Part shown: positions 1 through 13,974 of the stretch, one piece after another
How the letters are laid out: each line of letters begins with the position of its first letter
Position numbering within the stretch: the stretch's first letter is position 1
Origin: Carcharhinus amblyrhynchos
Taxonomy: Eukaryota
Length of the DNA: 64,000 nucleotides
Assembly: GCA_965287045.1 (NCBI GenBank)
Contig: OZ336885.1
Span: 22,444,001 to 22,508,000, forward strand
Direction of reading: 5' to 3'
Notes under the pieces: model-generated
Told to the model about the DNA's origin: nothing
Seen by the model: the letters and a program-made list of their open reading frames with translations, nothing else
Database searches by the model: none
Made by a program: the position numbers and the translations under genes

Positions 1-939
1 CGGATTGGGGGGGAAAAAATTGATCACTTTGTAGTCTGAAACATGCTTTCAGTTTACTCTTCTGATTGCTGTTGAACCTGATTTCTATCCTGAAGTGACT
101 TATTGAGGCTTTCAGCCTTCATTTATGCTTTTCAGTCAGTCTCGTCATGGGTGATCTGGCCTGATCTAATTGGTGGAACAGGCTTGAAGAGTTGAATGTC
201 CGACTCGTGTTCCTGTGGAACTGTGACTGGATTGACTTCTAAATGTGATCTTCAACTTTCTTCTCATTTCTGAAAGGTGCACATTTCCCTCAGAATATTG
301 CATGATTCCATGCAGAAACTTCAGTTCATTTCTGAAAATATCAAGGTAACATTGGAAAAGGGGAACTAGTGGGTTGGTGAAATTCATATTGACAGATTTC
401 AATACCTGTACTCTGGGACAGGCACAATGTTTGTTTCGTCTCATTGTACTTCTGGTGTCATGTAACTTGACCCCTGAGAATGCTCCCCCCAGGCAATATA
501 CCATTAGAATTTTTGTTACTGTTTGTGATATATGTTATCGATCTCTGGTGGGAACTCTCCCTTGAGAGTCACTTCAAATTGAATCAAATGTGCAAGAGGG
601 AGGAGTAGGTTCTGGCGGAAAAAGATGTTCAGGGAAGAGGGACCAGATAGTGGGGACAGTGAGATAAGTAGTAGATAGAAATTGCGCAAGGGAAAGGGTA
701 AGGATACTGGGAAAAAGGAAAGGATGGGCGGAAGATTGGAGGCTGGCTCCACATAGATTACAGTCAATTTTTCAAACTAGCCCATGGAAGCTAGGGACAT
801 CACAAAGTCATCTGTACTCTGACCATTTACTGGGCAAAAGACCACAATCTGTATGTACTTTCTGATTTACTAGTACAATACTTCTGCTGAATGATATATT
901 TTCTACACTTTTTTATTTGTGTGCCCAATATAGTTTCTG

Positions 940-1035
940 TGGCAAAATACTCCAAATGCCGGAAGTCTTAGGCATCTGCAGCGGAGAGTGGAACAGGGAT
1001 ATTTCCGGTCAATAGCCTTTCAGCACAACTGGAAG
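940..1035 (-). mobile_element. Highly decayed copy of the Penelope-derived repeat
   Basis: GCAAAATACT...GCATCTGCAGCGGAGAG on the + strand; reverse complement CTGAAAGGCTATTGACCGGAAA. Confidence 0.4.
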
Positions 1036-4000
1036 AAGTTCGGTTTAAGTTTATGAGCAAGTAACAACACCCAGGAATACACCAGAGCCAAGGAAGGAAA
1101 TGAAAGGGACGTTGCGTGAAAGGGTAGACAACAGGAATTAAATGATGAAAGTGATTATTGTGCAAGACAAAAGTAGCTGGTTATGTGACCATAACCAAAA
1201 GAGAAGCCCAGAGCAGATGTTACTGTTTAGAGAGTCTGCTGTCCAAAAATATACTTTTGATAAATCTGTATTGCAACCAGCATTGAAATTTTTAAAATGC
1301 CTGAAATTACTAAAGAGAAAGGCAAAATGTATGACATTCCTATTAAAAATTGTCAGCAATCAATGTACTAGTTGCAATAACGTGAATGGATGCATACCAT
1401 GGATGTAATGCAAAACGGAGTCCTGTGCTAGTTTATATTGACAGGGACATGGGCACAATTGTGGATGGAGTGAGTAAGATAACTAAAGGGATGGTTGCAA
1501 AGATTTTAGGAAGATTTTTAAAAAGAAAACGAAGTGGAGACTCAGAGTGTGCTTTAGAAATGAGTTTGAAAAAGTGGAGTCGTGGGGGCTGCAAGTTTTG
1601 ATACCAATGCTTAGGTCAAAAGGCAAAAAGTAAAAGTGATCTTAAAATTGGGAGGGTAGAAATTTAGGACAATACAATGATCTTTCCGGACAGATTAGTC
1701 TGAAACAACATGAATGAAAATTGACATGATGGCTTTCAATTTAAAACTGAACCTGTGTAATGTAATATTGGGTTTTGTTTTTACCTCAAAACAACCCAAG
1801 AAATTAAGTTTTCTTTCCAAGTCAAATGTCAGTGCCTCCAAGCTAGAAGGTTGTGGGATTAAGCCTTGAATATTTGAGCAATGGATAAGAAAATGATAGA
1901 ACAAAGACAATACCATTTGGTTCACCTTGGCTGATGCTACAATGCAGAACCAGTGTAAAGTTACATCATTGGGCTAGCTGCCTTCTGGATGGGATGTTAA
2001 ACTGATGCCAATGTCTGTAAAAGATCCAATGAGAGTATTTAAAGAGCAGGGAGTTAGTTGTTCCACTGGTCACACGTATCTAAATAACAATAGCCACTAC
2101 ACTATAAAAATAATTAATTGGTTGTGAAACAGTTAGTGGCATTCTGAGTATATGATAGGGTACATCATAAATTTGTCCTTTTTTTCCCTTCCCTAGCAAG
2201 GTTGAGCTTTACCAGTTCTTACCAGGGAGCATTTCTTGATGAGTCTTTGTTAATTCAACAGAACAATGGGGGAGATAATATATACCATTCAATTTTAACC
2301 TGATACCATCTTTGTTTTTAAGAGAACCAAAGGTGCCCACGTTTTCTCCTGATGTGTTTTTTTTTCTTCTTGTTTTCCATTTGCCTTGATGAACTTAAGT
2401 TTAAGTGAAATTAAACAGTGGAAGGACCGGTCCTCATTTTTACATTTACTTTTTTGAGCTACTAATCTTTAAGGAGTTATGATCTAGTTGCTGTTATGTA
2501 TTCGCTAATTTTGTGCACAGCGTGTAACATTCTCATTGAATATTTTTGCTCTGATTGCCGCCGCCGCCTGCTTTGACATTTATATGGCATCTGGGGTGGC
2601 ATTTCGTGGCTTTTGAGTCCCACAGCACTTGGATATCAAAGCGCTATTTCCTTATCGTTTATAGATTTCATATGGATACTATAGGAAGGATTTTGAATGA
2701 TTTAAGTTCTGGTCAACATCTATAGTTTATGGAGACAAAGTTTAAAATACCCAGAAGTGCAGTTTGCAGATGTGATGAAGTTGGAGATTAATGCAGAGGA
2801 TGTGAGTGGGTGAATGCAGGAGATTCGGTTTCTAGCAAGATTTGTGAGAATGTTCCAGCTCACCAATTTGAATTTTACACTTTATTTGTTGCATTTCCTA
2901 AAGTTAGATGATTACTGCCATTCTGTCTAAATAAGGAAAAAAATCCCCTGGGAAAATGATAGAAATTTAAGGATGAAAATAAATGTATCTATTTCACTGC
3001 AATTCTAATTCCAGATAAATTGTGAATGAAGCCTGCCACATGCATCTACAATAATTCCATTAGTTCCTGCTCCAGTTCCAATACAAGATGATTTCACTGT
3101 TGCATGTGTCCCTCTTGTGGAGCCTATGGCAGTCCAGAAACAGGTGGGAGGTTATCTAGATTGAGTGTGCTAATCAAACAGATTTTATACTTAAGAAGAT
3201 TTTGGTTGGTATACGGGTGAACCAATATTGTCAAAGCACAGACTTGGCATGGGAATCTTTCCTTTCCTCGCTACAGAGCTATGCATTTTAAATGTTTCAT
3301 TTTTAAAATCATGGAACAGAAGGCTTTAAATTGCTGTTTATGATTTGAATAATGAATACTTGCATGACATTCCTCTTATTTTAATGGAGTCACTGAACCT
3401 TTCTTAAAAATAAGCCCATTAAAACCAATGTCTCACAATTCGTTAGAAGCTCGACCAGTTTTTTTGCCAACAGCAATTTCTAGTTTACATCGCTCACTTG
3501 GTCCTTTACTTAGACTGGAAATAAACATCATTACACGCTGCAATAACATCCCAAGGCACTCCATAGAAGTGCAATCAAACGAACATTGACCAAGCCCAAG
3601 AAGCACATATTCAGAAGGTGACTGAAAGCTTGGTCAGAGGTTGGGTTTAAGGAGGATCTTGCAAGGAAAAGTATGTTGGAGATGCAGAAGGAGGAGATTT
3701 CTTAATATTATTTATACTATTTCATATTATTTTGGACTGACATCATGACCAACATGTTACATATAGGTAGCCTTTTTCAACAATGACTATGCCCTTTAGC
3801 TTGGTCATTTTAATAGGCGATTAGAGATTTCCTTTCATAAAGGACATTAATAAATTATTTGGTTTGTGCAAATATCTGACAGTTTTATTACTCCTGTAAC
3901 GTAATAAATTTCAACAAAAATCTGGGTAGGTTTTGTCCAAGATATGGGTCGCTAAACTAATAACAATCCTAAAATTTAACTAGCTAGTATCATGCACTTC

Positions 4001-4784
4001 TAGTTGACCCTCTCTCCATCACCTTTTTGAAGGTTAGAAAACACTGTTTTTATCCAAACTTGTAACTTAGTCTTGTGGATTGAGTGATTAACTGGGATGC
4101 TCAAATCTACACCTTTAAAGCCTTTCCAACGGAGGTTTTCGTGCCATCAAAAGGAGCAGAAAATAATACCTGGTTATTCAGCTTCCACTCGATCTCTTTT
4201 TTTTTCTACGTCCCTTTAGCCCTGCTGTTGACCAATCTTGGTGATTCCAATTGGCTTTTACAGATGTCGTTGAGAAATGGTATTGACGTATTTTCTGGCA
4301 TTAGCTGTTTTAATTGTGGAAGATTTCATGGGGTATCCAAATCAGAGCTGCTTTGGTTGAATAGAGTAGTGGTTCCCAACATTTTGTATGTCACAGCACA
4401 TCTCTATACGCTATATTTAAAAAAAAAAGTTTGAGGCACGTCTCCTATTTTCTCTCAGCTGACTTTTAGAAAAATATGTTTCGGGTGATAATCAGTCCGT
4501 GCTCACTGTCGGAGAGAACAGCAACTTGGGTGGGAAATTCTGGTGGGAATCAGGGTATTTGGGTTTCCATGTTTTATTGTACATGCGTGGATGCCAAAAA
4601 TGTGATTTCCACCATAATAATGCTGAACGTTGATAGCTTCAGTTCCTCGATCGCAAAACCTGGGCCATTGACTTGGAAAACTGTAAACAATACAAGATAA
4701 ATATAAACTGTATAATGGGGGACCTTGACTTCCTCAAAAACACAGTTCACAAATAATTCATCCAATTCATGTACAGTTTGATAT

Positions 4785-4900
4785 TTTGAAATGGTCATCA
4801 ACATGAATGTCAACTGTTTCTCTCCACAGATGCTGCCTGATTATTGGAGTTTTCCAGCATTTTTTTTATCTTGTGTCAAGTTTCCAGCTTGCTTTTGTAT
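4785..4900 (+). mobile_element. Decayed copy of the same Penelope-derived repeat
   Basis: TTTCTCTCCACAGATGCTGCCTGA...TTTTCCAGCATTTT body, preceded by an eroded core. Confidence 0.55.
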
Positions 4901-5174
4901 TCATATTTTAAGTACTATTATCTCAGGTGGAAAAAGGAAGAAGTGGTAATGTAACTTAAAAAAAAGAGGAGAAAGCTAGAGTGCAGGACAGAAGTCACAG
5001 CATAATGCTAATCTCATATCTAGGTATTAACTAAACAGAACAATAGATATAATTTGCTGCATGGTTTCAATATTGTGATTTTTAGAACAGCATATGACAT
5101 TATTTACCCTTTGCTCTCTTGTGCCTCCCAGAGTGTTTTTTTTTTGTGCCCTTTCTGTGTTTTTACTTTTTGTG

Positions 5175-5473
5175 TGGGCACATTGAAGCCCATTGAGTCT
5201 GTACTGACCACAATTCCACAGAAGACCAATTCCCGCAATCCCAACACTTCCCGCAATACCCTGCAAACTTGCTAGTCCCCCTGACACTGGGGTCAATTTA
5301 ACATGGCCAGTCCATCTAGGCCACACATCTTTGGAATGAGGGATGAAACTAGAGCAGCTACTGAGGGAGAATGTGCAAACTCCACACAGGCAGTGACCCC
5401 GAGGCTGGGAATCGAACCTGGGCCCCTGGCGGTGTGAGACAGCGGTGCTAACCACTGTGCCAACATGCCGCCC
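5175..5473 (-). mobile_element. tRNA-derived SINE (HE1/V-SINE-like)
   Basis: Box A TGGCACAGTGG, box B GGTTCGATTCC and central TGTGTGGAGTTTGCACATTCTCCC. Confidence 0.85.
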
Positions 5474-6204
5474 ATGAGACTCTTGTCTTCAGCTCCAAGT
5501 TCTGTTGACCATGTGCATAGGCCTGACCAACATAAAAAATGCGTTCGTGGATCTTTTAAATGTTGCATGGATGCACACAACAGTTGTTACCAATATTAGA
5601 ATTTGAAATATAAGTTGGCTATCTGACCCGCTGTAGCTTGCTCTGCCATTCAATGAGATCATGAATCATCATCTCCACCAACTTTATTCCTGTACCTTGC
5701 CCCATATCCCTAGATTTCCTTCGTTTATAAAAATCTATCAATCTCTATCTGGAATATATTCCATAGTTGAGCTTACATGACCCTCTGGGTAGAGAACTCC
5801 AAAAACTCTCAACCCTCTGAACGAAGAAACTTTAACTCAGTTGTGAATGTCTGACAGCTTATTCTGAGACTATGACCCTTAGTTCAGGATTCTCCAGTCA
5901 GATAAATAACCTCTCGGTGTCTACCTTTTGAAGCCCTCCTGAGACTTGGAAAAAATGTGTTGCATCATTCTGTTTTCTTGACAGCTTTTAACAGAGCTGC
6001 ATTTTAATTTTAAAACCCTATAATACTGCAATACCTAATAGATGACGCACATTAGTGTTAGACCCACCATAACAGGACCTGTTTGCAAAACAAACTTCTT
6101 AAAACATATATTGCTATGAAACGTGGCTGTACATTCTGTTACTCAATCTGTGCGACTTAATTCCACCAACTTCTTGATAATGACTACCCTGTAATTCTTA
6201 TAAT

Positions 6205-6340
6205 AAAAGCAAAATACTGCCTATGCTAGAATCTGAAACAAAAACAGAAGATGCTGGAAGATGTGAGCAGGCCTGACAGCATCTGTGGAGAGAGAATAGA
6301 GCCAATGCTTAGAGTCTGGATGACCTTCAACAGCTCTGAC
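6205..6340 (-). mobile_element. Penelope-derived short repeat with a degenerate hammerhead
   Basis: Reverse complement: AGAG-CTGTTGA-AGGTC-ATCCA-GACTC-TAAG-CATT-GGCTCT, followed by TCTCTCCACAGATGCTG...GCTTTTA. Confidence 0.65.
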
Positions 6341-6813
6341 CAAGGATTGTTATTGTGGCCGGAGGCGCTGGAGATTAGGTGGGGGAGGGGGGACTACGAT
6401 TGGGCCATGATTAGGCTTGGGCAGGGAGGGGAGGTGGGGGACAGCATTGTGGGGTCCAGAGCTGGCCAGTAAACCAAAGGCTGACAATTCACAGTTACTG
6501 TGTATGCACAGAGGTCCACTGGCCTCAGCTTCCCAGGTGGGAATAGGCCCTGGCCACTGACATATAATGATATTCATGCTGGTTGGTGGCCTCTGCATTG
6601 TGTGTGAGAGATTCTAGTGTGAACTCCCAGTGGAAAATAAAGTGAGCGTGGATTGCTCCAGTTTTCCCACGAATTCGACACTTCGAATTTCTATGGGAGA
6701 ATTCCGGCCTATTGTATGTACCCCATGTAGTTACTACAATGTAACAATGGTGCACGACTCTGCAACAACATATGTTTTACAAAACACAATTTTAGATTTA
6801 AATGTGCAATGGT

Positions 6814-7721
6814 ATAAGAACATAAGAACATAAGAAATAGGAGCAGGAGTAGGCCATCTAGCCCTTCGAGCCTGCCCCGCCATTCAGTAAGATCATGGCT
6901 GATCTGTCGTGTCTCAGTTCCACATTCCCGCCCTCTCCCCATAACCCTTAATCCCCTCGCTTATCAAAAACCCATCAACCTGCGTCTTAAAAATATTTAG
7001 TGAGGCAGCCTCCATCACCTCAACGGGCAGAGAATTCCAGAGATTCACCACCCTTTGAGTGAAGAAGTTCCTCCTCAACTCCGTTCTAAACCGCCCCCCC
7101 CCTTTATCTTGAGGCTGTGCCCCCTAGTCCTACTGTCCTTTCTGAGCAGGAAGAGTCTCTCCACCTCTATCCTATCCATCCCATTCATCATCTTATACGT
7201 CTCAATGAGATCTCCCCTCATTCTTCTAAACTCTAACAAGAACAAGTCTAGTTTATTCAGCCTCTCCTCATAGCTCAACCCCCTCAAGTCCGGTATCAGC
7301 CTAGTAAACCTCCTCTGCACTCCCTCCAAGGCCAAAATATCCTTGCGTAAGTACGGCGCCCAAAACTGCACACAGTACTCCAGCTGCGGCCTCACCAATG
7401 CCCTATACAGCCGCAGCAAGACCTCCCTACTTTTATATTCAATCCCCCTCGCTATGAAGGCCAGCATCCCATTAGCCTTCCTGACCACCTGCTGCACCTG
7501 CAGGCTGGGTTTTTGCGACTCATGCACAAGGACCCCGAGGTCCCTCTGCACCGTCGCCTGCTGTAGTTTTTCGCCCCGTAAGTAATAGTCCTTCCTACCA
7601 TTATTTCTACCAAAGTGGACCACCTCGCACTTGCCAACATTAAATTCCATTTGCCATTTCCTGGCCCATTCGCCCAGCCTATCTAGATCCTTCTGCAGAC
7701 TCTCCACACCCTCCGCGCAAT
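6814..7721 (-). mobile_element. Young 5'-truncated CR1 LINE (RT C-terminus and 3' UTR)
   Basis: ORF has LQKDLDRLGEWARKWQMEFNVGKC...RDLGVLV...LEYCVQFWAP; (TTCTTATG)n 3' tail. Confidence 0.93.
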
Positions 7722-9186
7722 ACAACACCAATTTGTATTTAAACAGCAGCTTTAACGCAAAATGCTCCAAGGTGTTTGACAAGAAGGATAGTGAACAGAA
7801 TTTGACACTGAGCCATTTGAGATTTTGGAACTGGTGACCAAAGGCTTGGTCAAAGAGGTAGGTTTCAAATAGCCTTTTGAAGAGAATTCCATTGGTTGGA
7901 GCCGAGTTTGCCGATGGTGATGAATTTCATGGTGCTCAAGGGGCCAGACACACACGTTTATATTTTTGCTAATAAATTCGTATTTCAGTTTGACTTCAAC
8001 TTGCATGTAATTAATGACTACCTTGTGGCACCCAGTACAGTTGAGCCAAGATCTGTATTGAATTTCCTCGCAAATGTATCTACTCAGTTCTTCTCCTACC
8101 ACCTAGTGGGGACAATGTGCTATTAACAGAAACAGGAAATATATTGAGTACTTGGCACAATTTTAGGAAATGTCTTGTTAAGATTTTTTTTAAAGAAGCT
8201 TTCATGCCAAATGTGCCAGTGCGGTGCTTTTAAATTTTGGCTAGAAAATGGAAAACATTGTGGTTTCTGTATGAAATTTTGAAAAATATGTTGTATTTTT
8301 AACTATCATTTACCTTTTAAAACCAGTTGAATTCCTTGCAGGATGTATTTTTGGTATCCCAAACAATTTTGGCGGCACTTAGTGAATATACTGAATGATT
8401 ATTTTCATTTCCTTGATTCATTTCTTTATTCTGGGTCTAACAGCAGTGAAGCTAAAGAATTGGCCATTTTGGAGGGTGAATTAAACTTGGTGCGATCTGG
8501 GATGTTGTGGGTGTAGATAACTCTTCCTGTTCCAGTTGAAACGATGTTATAACGCGATATGTATGTACCCCGCATTGTTGCTACAATGTAGCAATCACAC
8601 ACACGACTGCAGCGTAAGCTGAACAAAATAGAATTTTAGATGTCAATGTGCAGATGTACCCAGAAGAAAAGCAGCATTATCGGCCTGAGATGGGATCTCT
8701 GTGATCTGTTCCCCTGATAAAGAAGCATAGTACAATAGAATCTTGTTAATACAAAACTCCCCACTTGAGCAAATATCTGTCCTCTTTGAACCCTGTAAAG
8801 GAACGCCAGCCATATGATAAAGCCAATGATAGTTGGCAGTGCATTGCGGTGCTTATGAAAATGAAAAGTTTAAATTTTGACTGGATTGCGGGGCTGGGAG
8901 CTCCTCAAAGATCACCGAAGTGTTCCTGTCATGAGCAAGTGTCGACTAGGTTCCTCTCAGGGATTTGGAACAAAGGCCCTCCTTGCAGTCCTGCTAGCAA
9001 TAGCACACTGTTCTTCTGCTTTGTTTTGCAGCTTGACTTGAGCTGATAACTGATATCCAATATTATTTTGTTTTGCATGAGTCAATCCGGGAAGTGGCTT
9101 TACATATCTCGTGACAAATTGTCCGCACTGGGTTACAAAGAAAGTCGAGGTATGGGTCCATTGGCAATTATTTGCTTGAGTAGACG

Positions 9187-10486
9187 CAGCACGGATTCGT
9201 TAAAGGGAAGTCGTGTTTGACAAATTTATTGGATTTCTATGAGGATGTGACTGGTGCGGTAGACAGAGGGGAACCGGTAGATGTGATGTTTCTTGATTTT
9301 CAAAAGGTGTTTGATAAGGTGCCGCACAAAAGGTTGCTTCAGAAAGTTAGGAGGCATGGAGTTGGCAGTAAGGTGTTAGCGTGGATAGAGGATTGGTTGC
9401 CTAATAGGAGGCAGAGAGTTGGTATCAATGGGTGCTATTCTGATTGGCTGTTGGTGACTAGTGGAGTGCAGCAGGGATCGGTGCTGGGCCCTCAGCTATT
9501 TACCATTTATATAGATGATCTGGAGGAAGGGGCTGAGTGTAGGGTGACAAAATTTGCTGATGACACAAAGATGAGTGGAAAGCAAATTGTGCGGAGGTTG
9601 TGGAAAGTCTGCAGAGGGATCTGGATAGGCTGAGCGAGTGGGCGAGGACCTGGCAGATGGAGTACAATGTTAGCAAATGTGAGGTTATCCACTTTGGCAG
9701 GAATAATAGTAGGAGGGATTACTATTTAAAGGGCGAAAAGCTGCAGCATGCTACGGTGCAGAGGGACCTGGGGGTCCTTGTGCATGAGTCGCAAAAATCC
9801 AGTCTGCAGGTGCAGCAGGTGATCAAGAAGGCGAATGAAATGCTGGCCTTTATAGCGAGGGGGATGGAATATAAAAGCAGGGAGGTCTTGCTGCAACTGT
9901 ACAGGGCACTGGTGAGGCTGCAGCTGGAGTACTGTGTGCAGTTTTGGTCGCCGCACTTGCACAAGGATATTTTGACCTTGGAGGGAGTGCAGAGGAGGTT
10001 CGCTAGGCTGATACTGGAGATGAGGGGGTTGGACTATGAAGAGAGACTAAATAGACTGGGTCTGCACTCGTTGGAGTTTAGAAGGATGAGGGGGGATCTT
10101 ATAGAGACGTATAAGATATTGAAAGGGATGGATAGGGTAGAGGTAGAGAGATTCTTCCCACTCAGAAAGATCAGCAGGACTAGAGGGCACAGCCTCAAGA
10201 TAAGGGAGGGGGGCAGTTTAGAACAGAGTTGAGGAGGAACTTCTTCACTCAAAGGGTGGTGAATCTCTGGAATTCTCTGCCCATTGAAGTGGTGGAGGCT
10301 ACCTCGCTAAATATATTTAAGTCATGGGTAGATAGGTTTTTGGTAGGCAAGGGGATTAAGGGTTATGGGGAGAAAGCAGGAAAGTGGAACTGATCCACTT
10401 CAGATCAGTCATGATCTTATTGAATGGTGAGGCAGGCTCGAAGGGCTAGATGGCCTACTCCTGCTCCTATTTTCTTATGTTCTTAT
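9187..10486 (+). mobile_element. Young 5'-truncated CR1 LINE with one frameshift near 9590
   Basis: [33 protein letters not shown] and WQMEYNVSKC motifs; TTCTTATGTTCTTAT tail. Confidence 0.95.
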
Positions 10487-11099
10487 CCTTGTGTTTAAAG
10501 AAAGCTGAGTGAATGATAATAATGGTCACAATTTCTGATGATTATCAAGAATCATATTTGAAACTAATCCCTTCGGTCTTGGGGGCAGGAGGTTTCCTTG
10601 TTGGAACAGAGACCCATTTGAAAGCTTCTGTGAAAACGTTTCTAGCTCAAAGATATTATTTAATTAAGAGCCTATATAAGTTTAGGATTGAGGTTATGTT
10701 GTCAGGGTAATTGAGAGATGCATTCAGAAGAAACAATGACAAATAACCATACCACATTATAAACAGGGCCTTCTTCCTGCTGCTTATTAAGAAAATCATT
10801 CAACATTTCTAATTGATGGTACTTTGTTTTCTGTCTAGATCAGTAAAGATGTGCAGCAACACTTCATGGTCTCCTCCAACGAGAATTGTTGGAACTGGCT
10901 GAAAAGGGATAGTCTTGGCAGAGCTAAAGGAGATTATTGTACATGCGGAGCAAGTCATGCCAAAGGTGAGTTCGTCAATTACTGTTATAGACACATTTGT
11001 ATTTTATCAAAATACAAAGAATGTCCTTGAAGGAACACGTCTAATTTTGAATGTAAAAGTAGTTGATTTGTGCTGCTCGTAACTGGAAAGGCCGACGGA

Positions 11100-11352
11100 G
11101 AAGAGGAGAAATGTCTTCACTCAGACATTTGTGAATCTTGGAATTCTCTATCCCAACGGGCTATGGATGCTCCATCATTGAACCTATTCAAGGCTGAGAT
11201 TGATTAGTCTTTGGTCTCTCAGGGAATTGAGGGAAATGGGGAGTGGCAGAAAAGTGGAGTTGAGGCAGAAATTGAGCCATGATCATATTGAATGGAAAAG
11301 CAGGCTCAAGGGGTTGTGTGGTCGACTCCTCCTTCTGTCCTCATGTTCTTTT
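11100..11352 (+). mobile_element. Short CR1 3' UTR fragment
   Basis: Homologous to 10230-10486. A similar minus-strand piece lies at 5620-5945. Confidence 0.7.
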
Positions 11353-12323
11353 GTAATAGGATATCGAAGAATTCGGGCTTGCCACTAGTTCTTTTAAATT
11401 TTGTGACAGTATAGATTTCTTAGTAAATGTCTCAATGGCCTGCAGGATTTATGAGAATGCGTGATTAACTCTTCAAGCTACTTAGCCTTCATGGATGGCA
11501 CCCTTGCCTTCATCATCAACCAGTCACACCCAACTGAGACAAATCAATATTGTTAGTGTGTGAGAGACTCCTTGTCAGCCAGATGTTAGTTCCAGTGCTG
11601 AGTAATTCTGTATCATTTTATTGAGGGCTCTTTCTGCAGTTGAGAACATGGTACAATTCCTCCTTACACTTGCCCAGGAATTGAAAGTCAAAATTTAAGG
11701 AAGCTTAGTCATTAAACATTAGGTGGTTAATTTCTTTGCATGGGGCAGATTGAAATCTCTGTGTTTTTCCCTGTGCAGATCTCGTTGGGCCATGCATCTC
11801 CTGTGACTGAGAGAGAAGGCGTGCAATTGGCTCCCAGGCCTCCACTGCTTCCAATTATAAGTGGTTATTCAGCAGTGTAGAGCGGTGGCCTGGCGACGTA
11901 TTCTACCTCTTTTGGTAGATGCCAAGTGCAGGTCATATACTTGACCACAGAGTTATGACTGATCTGGATAATTGTACAGGGGTGAATTTCGACCTGTGTT
12001 CCTCCACTTCATGACGCCTCCACTACACTGTAAGTCTGGTCGTTATCCTCTCACCACGTTGTAATTAATCCAAAAAAAAATCTTGTTAACATAAGCACAC
12101 ATTCACTAACACCGAAGCTGTGCATTTTCCTTGATAAAGGCCCAGATTCGCTTGCAGTGAATTCACGCAAGCAGCCAAGGAATTGTAGGCAATATACGAC
12201 CATTGAAGATAACCTGGAATCTACACTCTATACTAATCATGTGCAGCACATTCTTGGACAAATACTTCAGGATGAGGTTGCCTTATGGCTTTAGATACAT
12301 TTTGTTGCCAAGACCCAAAAGGT

Positions 12324-12457
12324 AAAAGCAGAATACGGCGGATGCTGGAATCTGAAACAAAAACCGAAAACGCAGGAATATCTCAGCAGGTCTGACAACA
12401 TCTGTGGCAAGAAAATAGAGCCAACATTTCGAGTCTGAATGAGCCTTCGTCTGAGCC
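12324..12457 (-). mobile_element. Penelope-derived short repeat with a near-intact hammerhead
   Basis: Reverse complement: GGCT-CAGACGA-AGGCTC-ATTCA-GACTC-GAAA-TG-TT-GGCTCT, followed by the same body as 6205-6340. Confidence 0.7.
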
Positions 12458-12614
12458 TTACCAAAAGGTAAGGCCACTGTAGATGTACCATGGGATGTTC
12501 CTTTAAAGCTGCAATAGCCGTCACCTAACAAGTGGCCACGCATGTGGTACCCATTTTTTTTAAAGACTCTCAGAAGAGAGAAAGGGGCCGAGTTTCAAAA
12601 TGGGAAGACAAAGA

Positions 12615-12986
12615 AAGACTTGCACTTCTGTCCCAGAAGCACTTTGCAGCCAATGCAGAACTTTGGGAGTGTGGCCACTGTTGCAGTGTGGGAAACACAG
12701 CAGCTAAGTAGCCACAACAAACTCCCACAACCAGTAGTGTGATATTTGTTGAGGGATAAATATCAGCCTGAACACCAGGGACAGTTCCCCTGCATTTCAA
12801 ACGGGATCTTTTGCTCCCATCTGAGAGAGGTCCTTGGTTTAAAGGTCCTGAAGATTGTTCCTCCAGTAGTGCACTGATCCTTCAGTTCTGCACTGGAGCA
12901 TCAGCCCAGTGTTTCAAGTCTCTGGCATGAGAATTGAATCCACAACTTGGACTCAGATGAGAGTGCAACTAACTTAGCCATGGCCA
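12615..12986 (-). mobile_element. DeuSINE/SacSINE1-like SINE
   Basis: Reverse complement has a tRNA-like head (GCCATGGCTAAGTTAG...GTGGATTCAATTC), central GCTGATGCTCCAGTGCAG..CTGAAGG and ATATTTATCCCTCAAC, and an L2-like tail. More decayed relatives near 1820-2090 (+) and 18780-19085 (-). Confidence 0.6.
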
Positions 12987-13974
12987 ACTCGTAAAATAAT
13001 GTAAGATGTAATGGAATCCAAGAAAGTGATGGCAGTATTGTATAAGTCAACCAGCTGGGTCACAAAATATTGTTGATAATAGGAAATGGTGATCTGTGAA
13101 TCTTATATGGGATTAGTTATTGATAAAACATTGGACCTGGGGTACAGATAATCGAGATGCAGTTAGTTCAAGCAATGCAACCTGAGTGAAGTATTTTTGA
13201 CATTGCGGTTTAGTTGTGAGAGAAGCAATGGAATAACATTACATTGGCTCCCTGGTGTTTTGGGAGACATAATGAGTTCACTTGTGTGCACTCCAGCCTC
13301 ATCAAACATAATTCATTATTTTGTATTAGCTGTTTCCAGTGCACAAAATCTTCCTTCCTCCCATGTGTCTTTTTACGTCATTCATGTGTTTTTCCATCAC
13401 CTTTTTTTTCGTTTAGCTTCCACTTACCCTATCTCTGATTGAGAAGGGGTAGTAGGTGACCTGATTGTAGATATCTACTGTTGTTACTCTGTCACATTGG
13501 TGTACTGTGGATTGGCTTTTCCTCTGGGTGCCCTTCAGAATCTGTCTTTGTACAAGACTGAGATAATCTTGTTCAGTGTTTCCCCTGTTTAACAGCTGGA
13601 ATTTCAAACAAATCATTGGGAAGGCCCGACAAATTGCTGATATTTAACTCACTACATATAGTAGGTTCAACATTTGGTCGCCTTTCGTTTTTTAAGTTGT
13701 GCTTGAATATCGGTGAGCAATTACACCAGAAACAGTGCTTTTTCTTTACATGTAGTATGCATCATGATCAATTTGTTCCTGCAACATTTCTGTAACTCTT
13801 TAAAAGCCAGTTCCTGTGTACCACACCACATTCACAAGTGATTGCAGCCAGCTTTTAGCCTAAACTAGGCAGGCTCATTCTGCCACTCCTACCTGGCTCA
13901 TTCTTCCCATCTGATTGATGACTGTGCCCAAGTTTCACTTCCTTAGCAGTGGCAGTAGATAAAAGGCATATGCC

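Noticed and set aside
5400-5473. tRNA-like A and B boxes
   Set aside because: SINE head, not a tRNA gene; no cloverleaf, and it continues into the SINE body.
6375-6455. G-rich tract with G-quadruplex potential
   Set aside because: Appears to be internal to an interspersed repeat; nothing indicates function.
11470-11530. Minus-strand TGATGA-AGGCA-AGGG-TGCC hairpin resembling a hammerhead
   Set aside because: Lacks the leading C and a correctly placed GAAA; too weak to call.
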